From NCBI RefSeq assembly GCF_006345805.1, contig NC_042999.1, positions 12,090,001 through 12,154,000 on the forward strand: a stretch of DNA of 64,000 bases. The letters run 5' to 3'. This DNA is from Octopus sinensis (taxonomy: Eukaryota). A program made the translations under genes and the position numbers. Each line of letters begins with the position of its first letter. Position 1 is the first letter of the stretch. Positions 26,291-39,208 of this stretch are shown one piece after another. Below the pieces are notes generated by a model. It saw only the letters and a list, made by a program, of their open reading frames with translations, was not told the origin of the DNA and searched no databases.

Positions 26291-26750
26291 TCCCTTATTC
26301 ATCAAGTGCCACATATCAGAGGAGGTTTCAACTAATGGTCTAGCACAAGCCAACGATGGTACCCCAGCATGACCATAGCTTTAAAGCTGAAACAAGTGTA
26401 AAGATTTATACAGAAATATAGTTGTGGCTGGTCGGTGTCATGTAACTAGCACCTGTGCTGGTGGGATGTGAAAAGCACCTTTTGAGTGCTGGGCTTCATA
26501 GAGGCCAAAGAAAAATGACCAAGACCTTTGGCAATATGCTGTGCTTGAGAAGAAGACCCGTCAAGCCAAGTGAAATTGTAGTTGTGGCTGATGCTGGTGT
26601 CATAAAAGCACCCATTACACTCTCAGAGTGTTAGGAAGGGCATCCAGCTGGAGAAACCATGCCAAACTGGAGTCTGGTGCAGCCTCCTCTCAGCTCACCA
26701 GCCCTGTAGAGTAATATACTTCTTATTAAAGCTGCAAAATTATTACAGAG

Positions 26751-26788
26751 CTGTTACTCAGAGTTTCATGTTCTTGCTCATCAGACAG
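26751..26788 (-). ncRNA. Minimal type I hammerhead-ribozyme-like motif
   Basis: Minus strand ctgt-CTGATGA-gcaagaacat-GAAAC-tctga-GTA-acag: intact core boxes, 4-bp stem I (ctgt/acag) and near-palindromic stem III (ACTC.GAGT). Stem II is decayed. Confidence 0.6.
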
Positions 26789-27104
26789 TCGTGATGAATA
26801 TTCATCACGATTGACCAACGAACCTGAATGTGAAACTGAGTAACATCATCATCATCATCACCGTTGTAACAGTTCTGTGAGAATTTTGCAGCTTTAATAA
26901 AAAGTATACAGGCATGGCTTACCACACAGCCATGCCTGTTAATATATATACATATACATCATTATCATCATCATCGTCGTTTAACGTCCGCTTTGTATGC
27001 TGGCATGGGTTGGACGGTTTGACTGAGGGCTCAGGCTGCACCAGTTTCCACTCTGATCTGGCAGTATATATATAAACCTGGTTACCACATAGTGACCTAA
27101 CTGC

Positions 27105-27700
27105 CGGTGGAGCTCGAAGCAGTCCAATGTGATTACACTAAAAGGATTGCAACAGTGCAGCAGAAGAATTACAAGAAGAAGCTGAATAAACTATGACTCC
27201 CGAGAGTGAAGACACAACATCTGGAATGATTTACATATGGAAAATTCTGGAAGGGCCGGTACCTAATTTCAGCATTGAGTGTTATACAAATGCCTGAACT
27301 GGACGCCATTGTATTATACCAAAGGTACTGTCCACTCCATTTAAATTCAGGACCAGGTACTGCAATAGCCTATAGTTCAAAGGACCACAGCTTTTCAATG
27401 CCCTGCCACAAAAATGAAGAAATCTACATAATGTGGACACAGATGTCTTCGAAAGAAACTAGACATTCTCCTCTCCACAATGCAGGATGAGGTCAGCGGC
27501 AACATCAAACTCCCTCAAACACCAAATAAGCCAACAACTGGGGCCAAAGCACATACAGGAGTGGTGAGGGGAAACCCCACCATCCTCAAGAAATCAAAGA
27601 AGAACTATGCGTAAAATCATGGTGGGGCTCCAACATAATCACAGCCAAATAGCTGGAACGAATTTTAAATAATAAAAAAATGTTCTCAAACCAGTAAATT
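27105..27700 (+). mobile_element. Second degenerate fragment of the same CR1/L2-type family, including the 3' end
   Basis: VELEAVQ...IYIWKILEGPVPNFSIECYTNA*TGRHCIIPKV...FKGPQLFNALP, ending in an A-rich tail (aaataataaaaaaa). Confidence 0.7.
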
Positions 27701-28199
27701 GACTGCTGTAGTTTATTAACTTCAGGGTTGATTTCTGATCTCAGCGGGCCAAAGCGAAGGCCTTTGAAAGATACACATAAATATAATTTGTTGAACTCTA
27801 TGCACGTGGGACTCCGGTCAAGCGTTATGTATCTAGTTCTGGAAATTATGTTTGTATGCGACAGACTATGCTGATGATCTTGCAGATTTTTGCGTATACA
27901 TATACGTGAATATTAACAAGCGAAACTGATCGGTACAGAGGTAATCGTTTTTATTTCGTATATTTTCATTTGTCTTGCTTATTTTTTACACTTTGGTTTT
28001 GTGCTGAGTTTTTTCTTGAGAACACATTCTTCGTGGAAAATAGCGATTTTGACGTCTATATCTAGCATATTGACCGTCCACTTTTAGTGGTCAGTCCTTT
28101 AAATTTTGTATGTAAAAAATATTTTAATCTTCGGATTTTTTAATATGCTAGGCCACTGGTTTTAATTGATTAATATCAATTTCTACCCTTATTCAATTT

Positions 28200-28246
<47 letters not shown>

Positions 28247-28681
28247 AAACAAAAACATGTTTTGCTTTATTGTTTTAGTAATATGTGGTAGAGTTAATGC
28301 CCCCCCCCCCCACACACACACACACCAAGCACCAATGTTTGTTGGGTGAACTTTCTTTGAAGCAGAATGCCTTTAACAACAATTATGACCTCCACCTCTC
28401 ATACACACATTCTGCCACTGCTAAAATTCTTTAAAGCCGTATCTATTTTCATACAAGAGAAAAAGAACAAAACCTTGTAAATTTGTGACTAGAGATAACA
28501 AAGACATCTCAAGTAAATTTGCACACCATAGAGCAACAACAAAGCTTTCTTTAAAATCTTTTTACTCATTAAGAAATATTTACAGAGTTCTTCAAAAATG
28601 TGCTTTTAGCTGGAAAATATCACTTGAACTTTGGTTAATTAAATGCCGCATTCAATCATACACCGGATATGATATAATCTA

Positions 28682-28974
28682 TTGTATTTACCAGCATATA
28701 AGATGCCCTCCGTTTTACAAGTATATTTTGGGGAGAGAAAAAAAAAATTGTCGAATTCATGTCCTACTCACTTCCATTGCATTTTTTTAAAGAAATATTT
28801 CACTGAATTTTAACCATAAAAGTTAATAAATGAAATAATCAACAAATAATGTTAAAGAATTTTCCTCAACACATTCTTTAGTTGATTTTAGCCATCACAT
28901 TTGGGGCCATATAAGAACACAGTCAATATTTAAAACTAGAATTGAACCCGTATTATAGTTGCCAGCAAAATAGG
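28682..28974. mobile_element. Possible pogo/Tigger-type MITE
   Basis: Left end TA-ttgtatttaccagcatataagatgc and right end cgtattatagttgccagcaaaatagg form degenerate inverted termini. Confidence 0.4.
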
Positions 28975-30883
28975 AAGGAAATTGTGTTGTCCTGAACCTG
29001 TGCGGGGACATACAAGGAGACGATAAGAAATGGTGATGCTTTGTAAAAATGTGTCTCACTGGAAGAACAGACCATTCTTATTCCAGGTTAGTGAACATAA
29101 AACATTGAGAAATAGTAGCAAAATGTAAAGCAAATGTGTTATGGCAAATATTTGCAGAAAGTGCCACATCTTCACTAATGACCGATTTAACGAGCATGCA
29201 ATGTTCTCCTGCAACAACAAGACACAATGCTATCTTCAAACCAAAACACCTTGTGACGAGATAGCAACAAGTTCTGAAAAAAGCACCAAGGTTCTTGTTA
29301 AATTTCTTCCAACATCTTAAAGTTTTGTAATTTTTCACCAGATTTAAAGTAGTTTTCCATGCTGCTTACAAAAATTGCATCCATTTTTTTAAAGAAATTA
29401 ATAATAGAAAAGTTTACAAGTGTTTAAAATTATGTAATTTCAGCCAATCAGTAACCTCTGTTGCCATGCATCCGAGAAGCTGTGACTGTTTGTCCCCAAG
29501 GGAACAACAAATACAAAATTACAAGTCTTGGCCTCGAGCTTACGGCAGAAGACACTAGTCTGAGGGGACGTACAGTGGGACTGAACTCAAAACAATGTGG
29601 TTAGAAAAGAAATATCTTTACACAACCATAATCACTTCGAATGATGGCTTCTAAACTAGTGGAAGACAATGTCTGTAACAGCAGCTATACATAAGAGAGT
29701 ACCCAGAGCTAATAAAAAAGAAAAAAAATGCTGATCTATATCAAATATATAACTGCAAGACTACCTGATAAAATAAATAAGCAAACCTCTTTTCTAGCAT
29801 AATTCCAGTTGTGACCAAACTAAGAGTACAACTGACCTTTCACAGATGGGAAACAATGACCTGCGAAACAATGACCTGAGTTTGTGTCAGTTGTTAATCA
29901 GTGGAGCTTTAAGAGTAAATCACAATGAATTGTGTAGCAAGCTGAGATCAAAAGGGGACAAGGTTGTTTATTAAGACCTATCTTAATGGAAGATATTAAA
30001 ATTACCCCCTTTTTCAGGTCAATGCATTAATGTGGAAAAGTAGTTGGTCTACTTGTCTTAGCTGATCTTGTTAACACCTGTGAATGCAAACTGAAGAAAA
30101 CTGGGGACTTTATGCTGTTTGTTTGGAATATAAGATCAAGAGGACAAAAAAAGAGCCAGCTTAACCCTTTTGACACGAACCTGCTTGAGACTGGCCCTTC
30201 ATTCTATGACCAAGTTTGTATGGGTACACGATTTCAATGAAAACTTTCCATGAACATTTCACAAACAATGTTCCTGACACCAGCTGATGAAGAACAATTC
30301 CAAAGTGAACTGAAACTTTAACACAAGATTTTGCTTATATAACAATATGAAAGGTCTTAATTTGATTTAAATAAAAGCCTTTGAAAACAGTGACATCTTC
30401 CAGGCAAAAAAGGCTAGGACGGAAAAAGTTAAGAAGCCAGGTTGTCAAATGTCTGGTAATCAACAACTTACATTGCAAAATACCTGTTGAAACTCTGTAT
30501 ACAATCATGATCATCATTAAAGGTTTATGTTCTCTGCTGGCATGGGTTGGACAGCTTGACAGGAGCTGGTGAGTGCAAGGACCGCATCATGATCCACTGT
30601 TCATTTAAGCAGGGTCTCTATGACTGGGTTCCCCTCTTAAGGCCAACCACTTTACAGTACGTAACAGATGCTTTTTATATGGCACCAGCACTACCAAAAG
30701 CAGGGTGCAGCCTGCAAGACTCCGAATCCAGACAGAGGCAGCTTTATGCTAAGAAACAAAGGGTTAAGTAATGAGAGAAGGAGTGAAAGGGGAAAAGATT
30801 TCTTGTTGTAGAGGAGAAGCAACATGGCTTCTCGAAGTTGGAAGAAAGGATGGGAACGGTCAGGGTGAAGAAGCTAGATGGAA

Positions 30884-30916
<33 letters not shown>

Positions 30917-32565
30917 AGTGGTGACAAGGTGTTTGGCTGAGCCTCAAGGTATAAGGTTAATAGAAGTGAACAGAGACAGAAGAAGAATTGATTCTGTGTG
31001 TGTGTGGGGGAGGGGGGGGTTGCAACAGTGTATGAGAGCAATATGTGTGAATATAATGAATGAAGAACAAAGGATGAGAAGTGGGGGCAGCTGATGAAGC
31101 ATGAGGGTGAAGAGAATAATAATGATACAGTAGACAGGAGAAGAGAGAGAGAGAGAGAGAGATGATATGTGATTGGAGAAACAGTGAGAGACACATGGTG
31201 GTGGTGGTGGTGGAGAAGGAGAGATGATTTGGTGGGTTGGAGGAGGGCGAAATGTGTAAAATGTGGTTGAAGAGGACAGTGTAAGGATGAACAATGGTTA
31301 TCAAGTGAAATGCTTCCTAGCAGTAGCATATGTATTATATATAAATAAAAAACTATAATTTTACTGATCCCTTTTCCATGCTCGCATGGGTCAAACAATT
31401 TGCTGAGGCAGATTTTTTATGATCAGATATCCCTCCTGTTGCCAATTCTCACCTCTTTCCAAGCAAGATGAGGTTTCCCCATGGCCAAACATGTTATTAC
31501 AGAAGATGGGAAACAAAGGACATCACTTGTACGGTAGTGACATCAACTCTGTCTGTCTCTTTCACACACACACACACACACGTGTGTGATTATAGATAAA
31601 CTGAAAGTGTTTGCATAGAGGCCAGGCTTTGTGTACCTGCATAGACTGTCTTGACACCTCAGCACAAGACCCCCATACTGACAGGAGCTTTTTGTACTTT
31701 TGCTATCAACTTATGGAGTAAAACATCTAGGAACACAAATAGAAATCCTTTCAGATAATGGGATAGAACTTTCAAAATGGGCCTCAGCATGTATCTCACC
31801 ATTTTCCTCCACCTAAACACAATGAATTGTTCATGGGTAAGCACAAAATATCCACCACTGAATAATAATAAATAAATACAACAATTGTAATGTTATGTAA
31901 TGGCTTCAGCCCAACACATCTACAGATAGATACATGTATATTCACACACACACACACTCAGATGGTTAGGGATAAATACATGTACATATGTGTGTGTGTG
32001 TGTATATATATAAATAAACATATATATTCCCACACTTTTTTTTTTATTTGTCCATATTATTGAAAGGAAACTAATTTTTCCTCCCTTATTTTTATCTCAT
32101 TTCCTCTGCTTGCACTGACCCCATCCCCCCCCCCCGTGAACACAGTTGACTGACTGACTCCAACAAAGTTAGTGACATACTCAACCCCATGTCAGATGTA
32201 AGGTGTTCTGGCATTACTCAACGAAACTGAGTCAGTCATGGGTGTAACAAACACACCTCTACTATCATCATCATCATGTTACTACTCTTAACAGGAGTAT
32301 GTGAGAAAAATGTGAATTGCTATAGCACATTTGGACTTTGTAGTCATAAACAGGGCAGATGGTATCCCAATTAAGTTGATTAGGACCCCATGCTAATTAC
32401 AAATAATTTCAATGGTTGAGTGGCTACAGTTATTGGACTGACTACCTACCTGCTCATCAATTATTAGAAGTTCAAACATTGCCACAGTTCACCAAACTGT
32501 TTTGGGGGTGGATTAAGTGCAAGAAGATCATTTGTAAATAGCTGTTGCTTAGATAACATATCTAT

Positions 32566-32601
<36 letters not shown>

Positions 32602-35194
32602 ACCCACTACAGGTCTTCTGCTGGTTTTACCACCAAATGCCTAAAGACCTCTATGTGCTAGTATTTGACTAGGGCTTAACTCTTCTGTTACCACATTCCT
32701 GTAGACATACACTGCCTTTGTCTCAAACAGTTTTTAAAATGATGAAGAACTTAGTGGAATTGCCTACCATCAAGAATGCTGTTTCTGCAATCTCTTGGAT
32801 TATTTTTTTAATCTTAAATTTGAAAAGGGGAATCTTTCTTGAAATATCCCAGAAGCATTAAACACCCTATATAAGGCAATGCAATATCTTTATTTTTATT
32901 TATTGACACCACTTTTAATATTTTACCTGACTTCTCACCTGCATTGCTTTAAAGCCTCAAAATATATTCACACATAGTAATGCTTCAAGCAAATGACAAT
33001 ACTCTTTTAGTAAAATAACTCCTTATTTAGCTGGGTTTTTGGAACATAAATTATCATGAGGTTTTGGGGGGAAGGTTTTAATTTAAATCACTATAAAACA
33101 AGAATTTTAAGGGGTTGTATGAAGCAGGTTGGCAACAAAAAGATTAATAACACAAAGCAAGGAAACAATACAATTCTATAGAATAGATTACCAATTTAGC
33201 ATTCCCAAAGGATAAGGCATCTATTTCTGATAGAGATTAAAGAATCCTGCAACCTGTCCGGACACAACTTAGTGACCTATGAGATGGTAAATACAATGTC
33301 TTCTAAAAAGATCCAGTTCAGGGTTTGTGCTTACTATTGACAGTAACTCAATTTATCACAGATCAAATGTTATTCCCAGCTGATCAGATACCAACAAGAT
33401 GACATGTGGCATATAAAACATGTAGAATATATTACAACATGTCAACCATGGGTTTCAACTAACAACTGATGAACTGATAGCTAAACACTACACCATGCTC
33501 ATTTAGCTTCTCTGTATGTCTGTGAAGGGCCACAACTGAGGCACTGAAACCTAACCAAATACTTAGCAATAATAATAAGGGTTTCTAATTTAAGCAGGAG
33601 GCCAACAATTCTAAAAGAAAGATTAAGTTGATCTTATCAACTTAATCCCTGAACAGATATCAAACAGAATCAGAAACATCCTCTAATGCCCATCTCTATC
33701 TTTGATATTAACCCTTTTGATACCTGCTCAATCTGGTTTAAGTGATGCAAGCTTCTTGTTTTAAAGCAAACTAAATTAAAACTTAAAAATTCCGTTTTCA
33801 TTTTTGTTGCACACACCAATTTCATGAACTTATTTCATGAACTTATTTTGCTAAATTCTTCACAATTTTCAAAACCAAGTGAAACAACGGCAGAGTATTT
33901 CAGCAGAGATATGAATTATTTGGTACTTTATTTTACTGACCCTGGAGTGATGAAAGGCAAAGATGACTTTGGTGAGATCTGAAACACTGGACAGCAATAA
34001 CAACCAGGTATTTCAAGTCTGTGAAGACTGGCAGTTTTGTAAATTCTCCCATTCAGCTGATCAGTAACTAAATGTCAGAGTAACACAACCCACCTGTCAG
34101 TTATCTTTCAGTAATAGATCTTGTCCAGGTGACTCATCTGTCTCTATGTGAAATACATTTTTATAATAGAAGGTAAAAGGTGTATCTAATTAACAAGTCA
34201 CTAACAAATTCACACGCTGGTACACATTTCATCTGCACTCATTTCTCCTTCACCTTATACATATTTATGTACATTTCTATACATTATACATACATTTGCC
34301 CCACCCCTTTGTCTCTTTTACACACACACACACACACACTTATATACATGAGCCACTTAATGTGCATAAACACTGGTCTAAGATGCATATGCTATATGTG
34401 ACAACAATCATCATCATCATTTAACATGTTTTCCATGCTGGCATGGGTTGGATGGATTGACAGGAACTGGTAAGGCCGGAAGTCACACCAACTCCATTGT
34501 CTGCCCTGGCATGGTTCCTATGGCTGGATGCCCTTCCTAATACCAACCACTTTACAGAGTGGACTGGGTGCTTTTTATGCAGCACCTGTACCAATTCTTT
34601 TTATGTGGCACCAGCACTGACAGGGACACCAAGTAACTTGTAAGACAAAAGCACCACTCAGCTGGGAGTATACATACATACATATATATATCATCATCGT
34701 CGTTTAACGTACGCTTTCCATGCTGGCATGGGTTGGACGGTTTGACAGAAGGCTGCACCAGGCTCCAATCTGATCTGGCAAGGTTTCTACAGCTGGATGC
34801 CCCACCCCCCAATGTCAACCACTCCAAGAGTGTAGTGAGTGCTTTTTACATGCCACCAGCATGGGTACCAATCAGGTGATACTGGTATCAGCCACGACAA
34901 TGATTTCACTTGACTCAACAGCTCTTCTCAAGCACAGAGAGAGAGAGAGATTATATATACATAGATACACACACGAGTATATATATACATACAGATAGAT
35001 GCTTGTGTGTACATTTTATATGTATGCATGTCACTTTATTATTTAAGCGTTATGACCATGTTTTTGCCGGTCAGTTTTAGATCATGGTCTGCCAATATAT
35101 TCAGACATTGTGCTTTTGTTGTTGGAAAACTTATTGCAGTAAAATAAGATTAAATATCAATTTAAGGAACATTAAGAAAGAAAAACAAACAAAA

Positions 35195-35640
35195 TCAGTT
35201 TGAAAAGACTCTTTCAAATCTGTCTTTCAGAATCGCTAAGTGCAAACATACCATCATCCATCCATACGCACTTCTCTCCCACAATATCTTGATTCTCTCT
35301 GATATACTGCCTAGCAATCTGGAACTCTCCAAATCCATGATCTTCGTGCTGTAGAATATTGGCAAACCTTTTCCTTTCTGCTTCTGCCCAGCTAGATGTA
35401 AACCTGACATCTAGCTTCCCTTTTAGCTATCAGACATGCTTCTTTGCTACCCCCACTTTTTCATTCTTTCAACACTCGTCTCCCCTCTTTTATGGCCCTG
35501 TCAACCTCACTGGTCTACTACCATGTCACTCTTAGTCTGACCAAGGCTTTGCTCCTTGGCATCTATGCAGTTCCTGCCGACAAATTCCACTCACACGGTA
35601 GTGCTCAACCCAAATCTACATCCACCCAAGATGCCTTGTA
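35195..35640 (-). mobile_element. Degenerate RTE-clade LINE fragment (endonuclease-RT linker)
   Basis: Minus frame ...IAKREARCQVY...AEAERKRFANILQHED...FQIARQYIRENQDIVGEKCVWMDDG. Confidence 0.65.
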
Positions 35641-36330
35641 GTGAGATAGAACTCAAAAGTTAAGAAGCAAATGCTGTGCCAACATTGGCTGTGGTTGTGG
35701 CATTACAGCCACCACATTTCTGATGAAATGCTGAAAAACATATATTCTCAGTTAATGGCAAATGTAGAAAATTAAGACATGAGGACACTTCCCCACCACT
35801 GGACACTGATCTGCCTTCCAGCTTATTATTGCTGATGACACTTGGGTAGATATGTGTATTTTTTTTATAAACACTTATCAAATTATGGTCAGTTTCTCTG
35901 GAAGAGATGGAGATGTGCATTAGAACTGAAATACTTTGATTTTATTCCTTAGAGGTCACTTGCATCTTTTATTTTATAGAGTTGAGTGGCTGAGAAGTTC
36001 CCTTCTAAGCCATATGGTGATGGGCTCAGTGCTACAGCATGGCACCTTGTGCAATCATCATTTAATATAGCTCCCAGGTCGACCAAAGCTTTGGAAGACA
36101 GAATCTGAAAGAAGCCTGCTATATATGGGTGTGTGTGTGTGTTAGACATGTAGAAATAAGCATCACCATCATCCAAGTGGTGTCCCATGTTTCCAGTTTA
36201 ATGAGTAAATATGTCTGGCCATGGGAACGTATCATTTTAATTTGAAATGGTTGAGATATGGCAATAGGAAAAGAAGCCAGTCATAGAAAATCTGCCTTGA
36301 CAAATTCCATCTGGTCCCTATTTAAGTATG

Positions 36331-36718
36331 AGGAGGCGCAATGGCCCAGTGGTTAGGGCAGCGGACTCGCGGTCATAGGATCGCGGTTTCGATTTCCAGA
36401 CCGGGCGTTGTGAGTGTTTATTGAGCGAAAATACCTAAAGCTCCACGAGGCTCCGGCAGGGATGGTGGTGATCCCTGCTGTACTCTTTCGCCACAACTTT
36501 CTCTCACTCTTACTTCCTGTTTCTGTTGTACCTGTATTTCAAAGGGCCGGCCTTGTCACTCTCTGTGTCACGCTGAATATCCCCGAGAACTATGTTAAGG
36601 GTACACGTGTCTGTGGAGTGCTCAGCCACTTACACGTTAATTTCACGAGCAGGCTGTTCCGTTGATTGGATCAACCGGAACCTTCGTCGTCGTAACCGAC
36701 GGAGTGCTTCCCATCCCC
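36331..36718 (+). mobile_element. Young tRNA-derived SINE with 11-bp TSD
   Basis: A-box tggcccagtggttagg and B-box ggtttcgatttcc. Direct repeat ATTTAAGTATG at 36320-36330 and 36719-36729. CpG-rich. Confidence 0.9.
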
Positions 36719-36736
36719 ATTTAAGTATGGAAAAGT

Positions 36737-37327
36737 TAAGTTAGTTAAGTTAAGTTAATTTTTTGACTCAAAAAGCAAGGCCATGTAGGGGGACATGGAG
36801 TTATGTACAGAGGTGTTCATGCAAAGAGTTCAGGCCGTTTATGGTCAAGAGAGACTTTGAACCGAGCGGTCGTCGGCATCTTCACTATTTCGTCCGGCAG
36901 CATATTCCACGGATCCGCAACCCGGATGGAGAAAGCCCCTCTTCTTCGATTGAGATGAAATCGTCGCAGATAGAGCTTTTCGGAGTGACCCCGCAGCCTA
37001 TGCTCTGGAGCAGGAGTGAAAAACAGCTCTTTCGAGAGGTTACACTTTCCGCTTATGATGTTGTGAGCAAGAATGAGATCACCACGGCTTCGTCGTTTTT
37101 CTAGAGAATAAAGGTCGAGCGTCTTCAGCCTTTCTTCATAAGACAAATGCTTGAGACCAAGAACCATGCGGGTAGCCAGCTTCTGGACTCTTTCGAGATG
37201 ATGTATGTCTTTGAGGAGATCAGGAGAAGAGGCTTGAATCCTGTACTCCAATATGGGTCTCACCAGCGTGACATAGAGCGGTAGGAATAAGGCTGCAGTG
37301 AGCATTCCGAATGATCGTCGAATCAAA
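36737..37327 (-). mobile_element. 5'-truncated CR1-clade LINE 3' end, apparently young
   Basis: Open 169-codon frame (LYVTLVRPILEY...LERVQKLATRMV.GL..LSYEERL..LDLYSLEKRR.RGDLI...RGH...FSIRV...WN.LP). Short 3' UTR with stem-loops and a (TTAAC)n-type tail. Probable TSD AAAAGT at 36731-36 and 37328-33. CpGs retained. Confidence 0.93.
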
Positions 37328-39152
37328 AAAAGTGGACATTACAAAGATAGGGATGTTTCTGATACTTTATAACCAACAAAACAAGTGCTCATTCTTAATT
37401 CTGAAAATGTCAGAAACGATGACGCATAGTGTACAGTAGTTCAGAGAATGAAACACACGACTGAGTGGACAAATGAAAGAATGTGGCACTCACCACATTC
37501 GATAGCAGTTCGTATATAATATTTAATGACAGTTTGACTCAGCTTCATACAACTTAAAATTTTGCAGGCTCGTCAGATAAAACGGTCTTGTCAGGGTCTA
37601 GAGAAGAGATTCTTTTCTGGATACCTGATGAAATGTCTTACAAGCCTACAAAAAGTTCCATGGAACTAATTCAAACTGTTATTAAATAACACACACACAC
37701 ACTATATATATATTATTTAATAACAACAAGTGCAGCCCTCTGGCTGCCAGCTCCTGTTGAATCATCCAACCCATGGAAAATGGATGTGAAGTGGTAATAA
37801 TACAAGGAGTTTCTCTCTCTCTCATTTTCCTAAGTCTCTATGATTGATAATTAAACTACATCAATTCAATGATTAACGAAAGAGAGTGGAGTTCTCTTTG
37901 TGTAGCACTTTAAGTCTATGAATTTATCACTTTTACACCTCAACCATTCCTAAACTCTTTTAATAATAATAATAATGAAATTATTGTATACAGTGCTCAG
38001 GTGCACCACAACTTGTCAAAAGTGAGTATAAAGCATATGCAGTAAGGTACAAATGTCTGGAAAGCAAAAACCATTTGAGACCAACCCTGAACCTATGATA
38101 TGAAACTCCAGTTTTTAAAATGATCCAAATTAAAAACTTCCATCAAAATGTCCTGTTAATTTATGTCCTAAACACCAGATTAATAATGACAAGATTACTT
38201 CACTAAACTCATTATTTTCAAAATTAATTGAAAGAAAAGTAATGTATTTCAACAGGAATTTGCTAATAAAAAGGGAGAAGCAGAACAATACCAGCTGCTT
38301 ACGTTGACCTATTTACAAAAGTTTATTGCTTCACCTTCTCAGAAGCTCCCACTTCTCAGTGAACCATCATTCAGTGAAATTGCTTTTATTTTTGTGAAAC
38401 ATCTAGAAACATCTCTCTTGCTCCTCTTCCTTGCACTCTGTCCTTCCCAACACAACATTGCTCCCTACTTCCTTCACACACACACACAAAAGGATGGAGG
38501 TACAGGAGGGCTAACAAACAAGAAGACATGATCTGCATGTTTTCATTAGGAAAAACCTTCTGTAGACATTTAACCAGAAACATAAAAGAGGACACTTGTT
38601 TTTGCAGACTAACCTTAAGCTAACAAATCACTCCCTCTCTAACTGGTTTCATGTATTTCCTCCTCCTCCTCCTCCCAACCCCCTCCTGACCGATTGCCCT
38701 CCCTTCCCCCCACCACCTCTTCTCAAAAACTAATTACTTTCCCTCTTTTCTTTCCACCCCCCCCCTTATCCAACCAGATCACTTCATTTTATGGCTGCCT
38801 TCTCTGTCCCCTTTGCCAATCCCTTCTATTTACACCACAAGATAAAGACTGGTGAAGCACGCGGGGGGGGGGGCGGATAGGGGGGAGGAAGCGACAAAGG
38901 TAAATATAACCAAATTTTCTACAATTGGTCTTTGTCTTAGCTACTCCGGGGGGGGGGGGAATACCCCTGCCCACCACTTGTAACTGATAGGATTGTTAGC
39001 AATGATAGGGATTCAGAAAGGGACAGAGAGTGGGAGAAAAGTAGAGCTCAGAGAGAGAGAGAGAGAGAGGGAGGGAGGGAGTGAAGTAGAGGAGCTGAAG
39101 GAAAGAAAAAAAGGAGATAGAAAAAGAAGGAAACATTAGACAAGAAAGGGGT

Positions 39153-39208
<56 letters not shown>

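Noticed and set aside
27700-27745. DQKSTLKLINY on the minus strand as the parvin terminal exon
   Set aside because: An in-frame stop lies immediately upstream, there is no acceptor, and no similarity beyond KSTL.
30283-30320. CTGATGA...GAAAC spacing inside a TTAA MITE (also the CTGATGA at ~33466 and CTGACGA at ~1614)
   Set aside because: No stem II, or no stem III plus NUH triplet; expected by chance in 64 kb.
36331-36405. tRNA gene
   Set aside because: A and B boxes are present, but the sequence continues into a ~390-bp body bounded by an 11-bp TSD. It is a SINE head.
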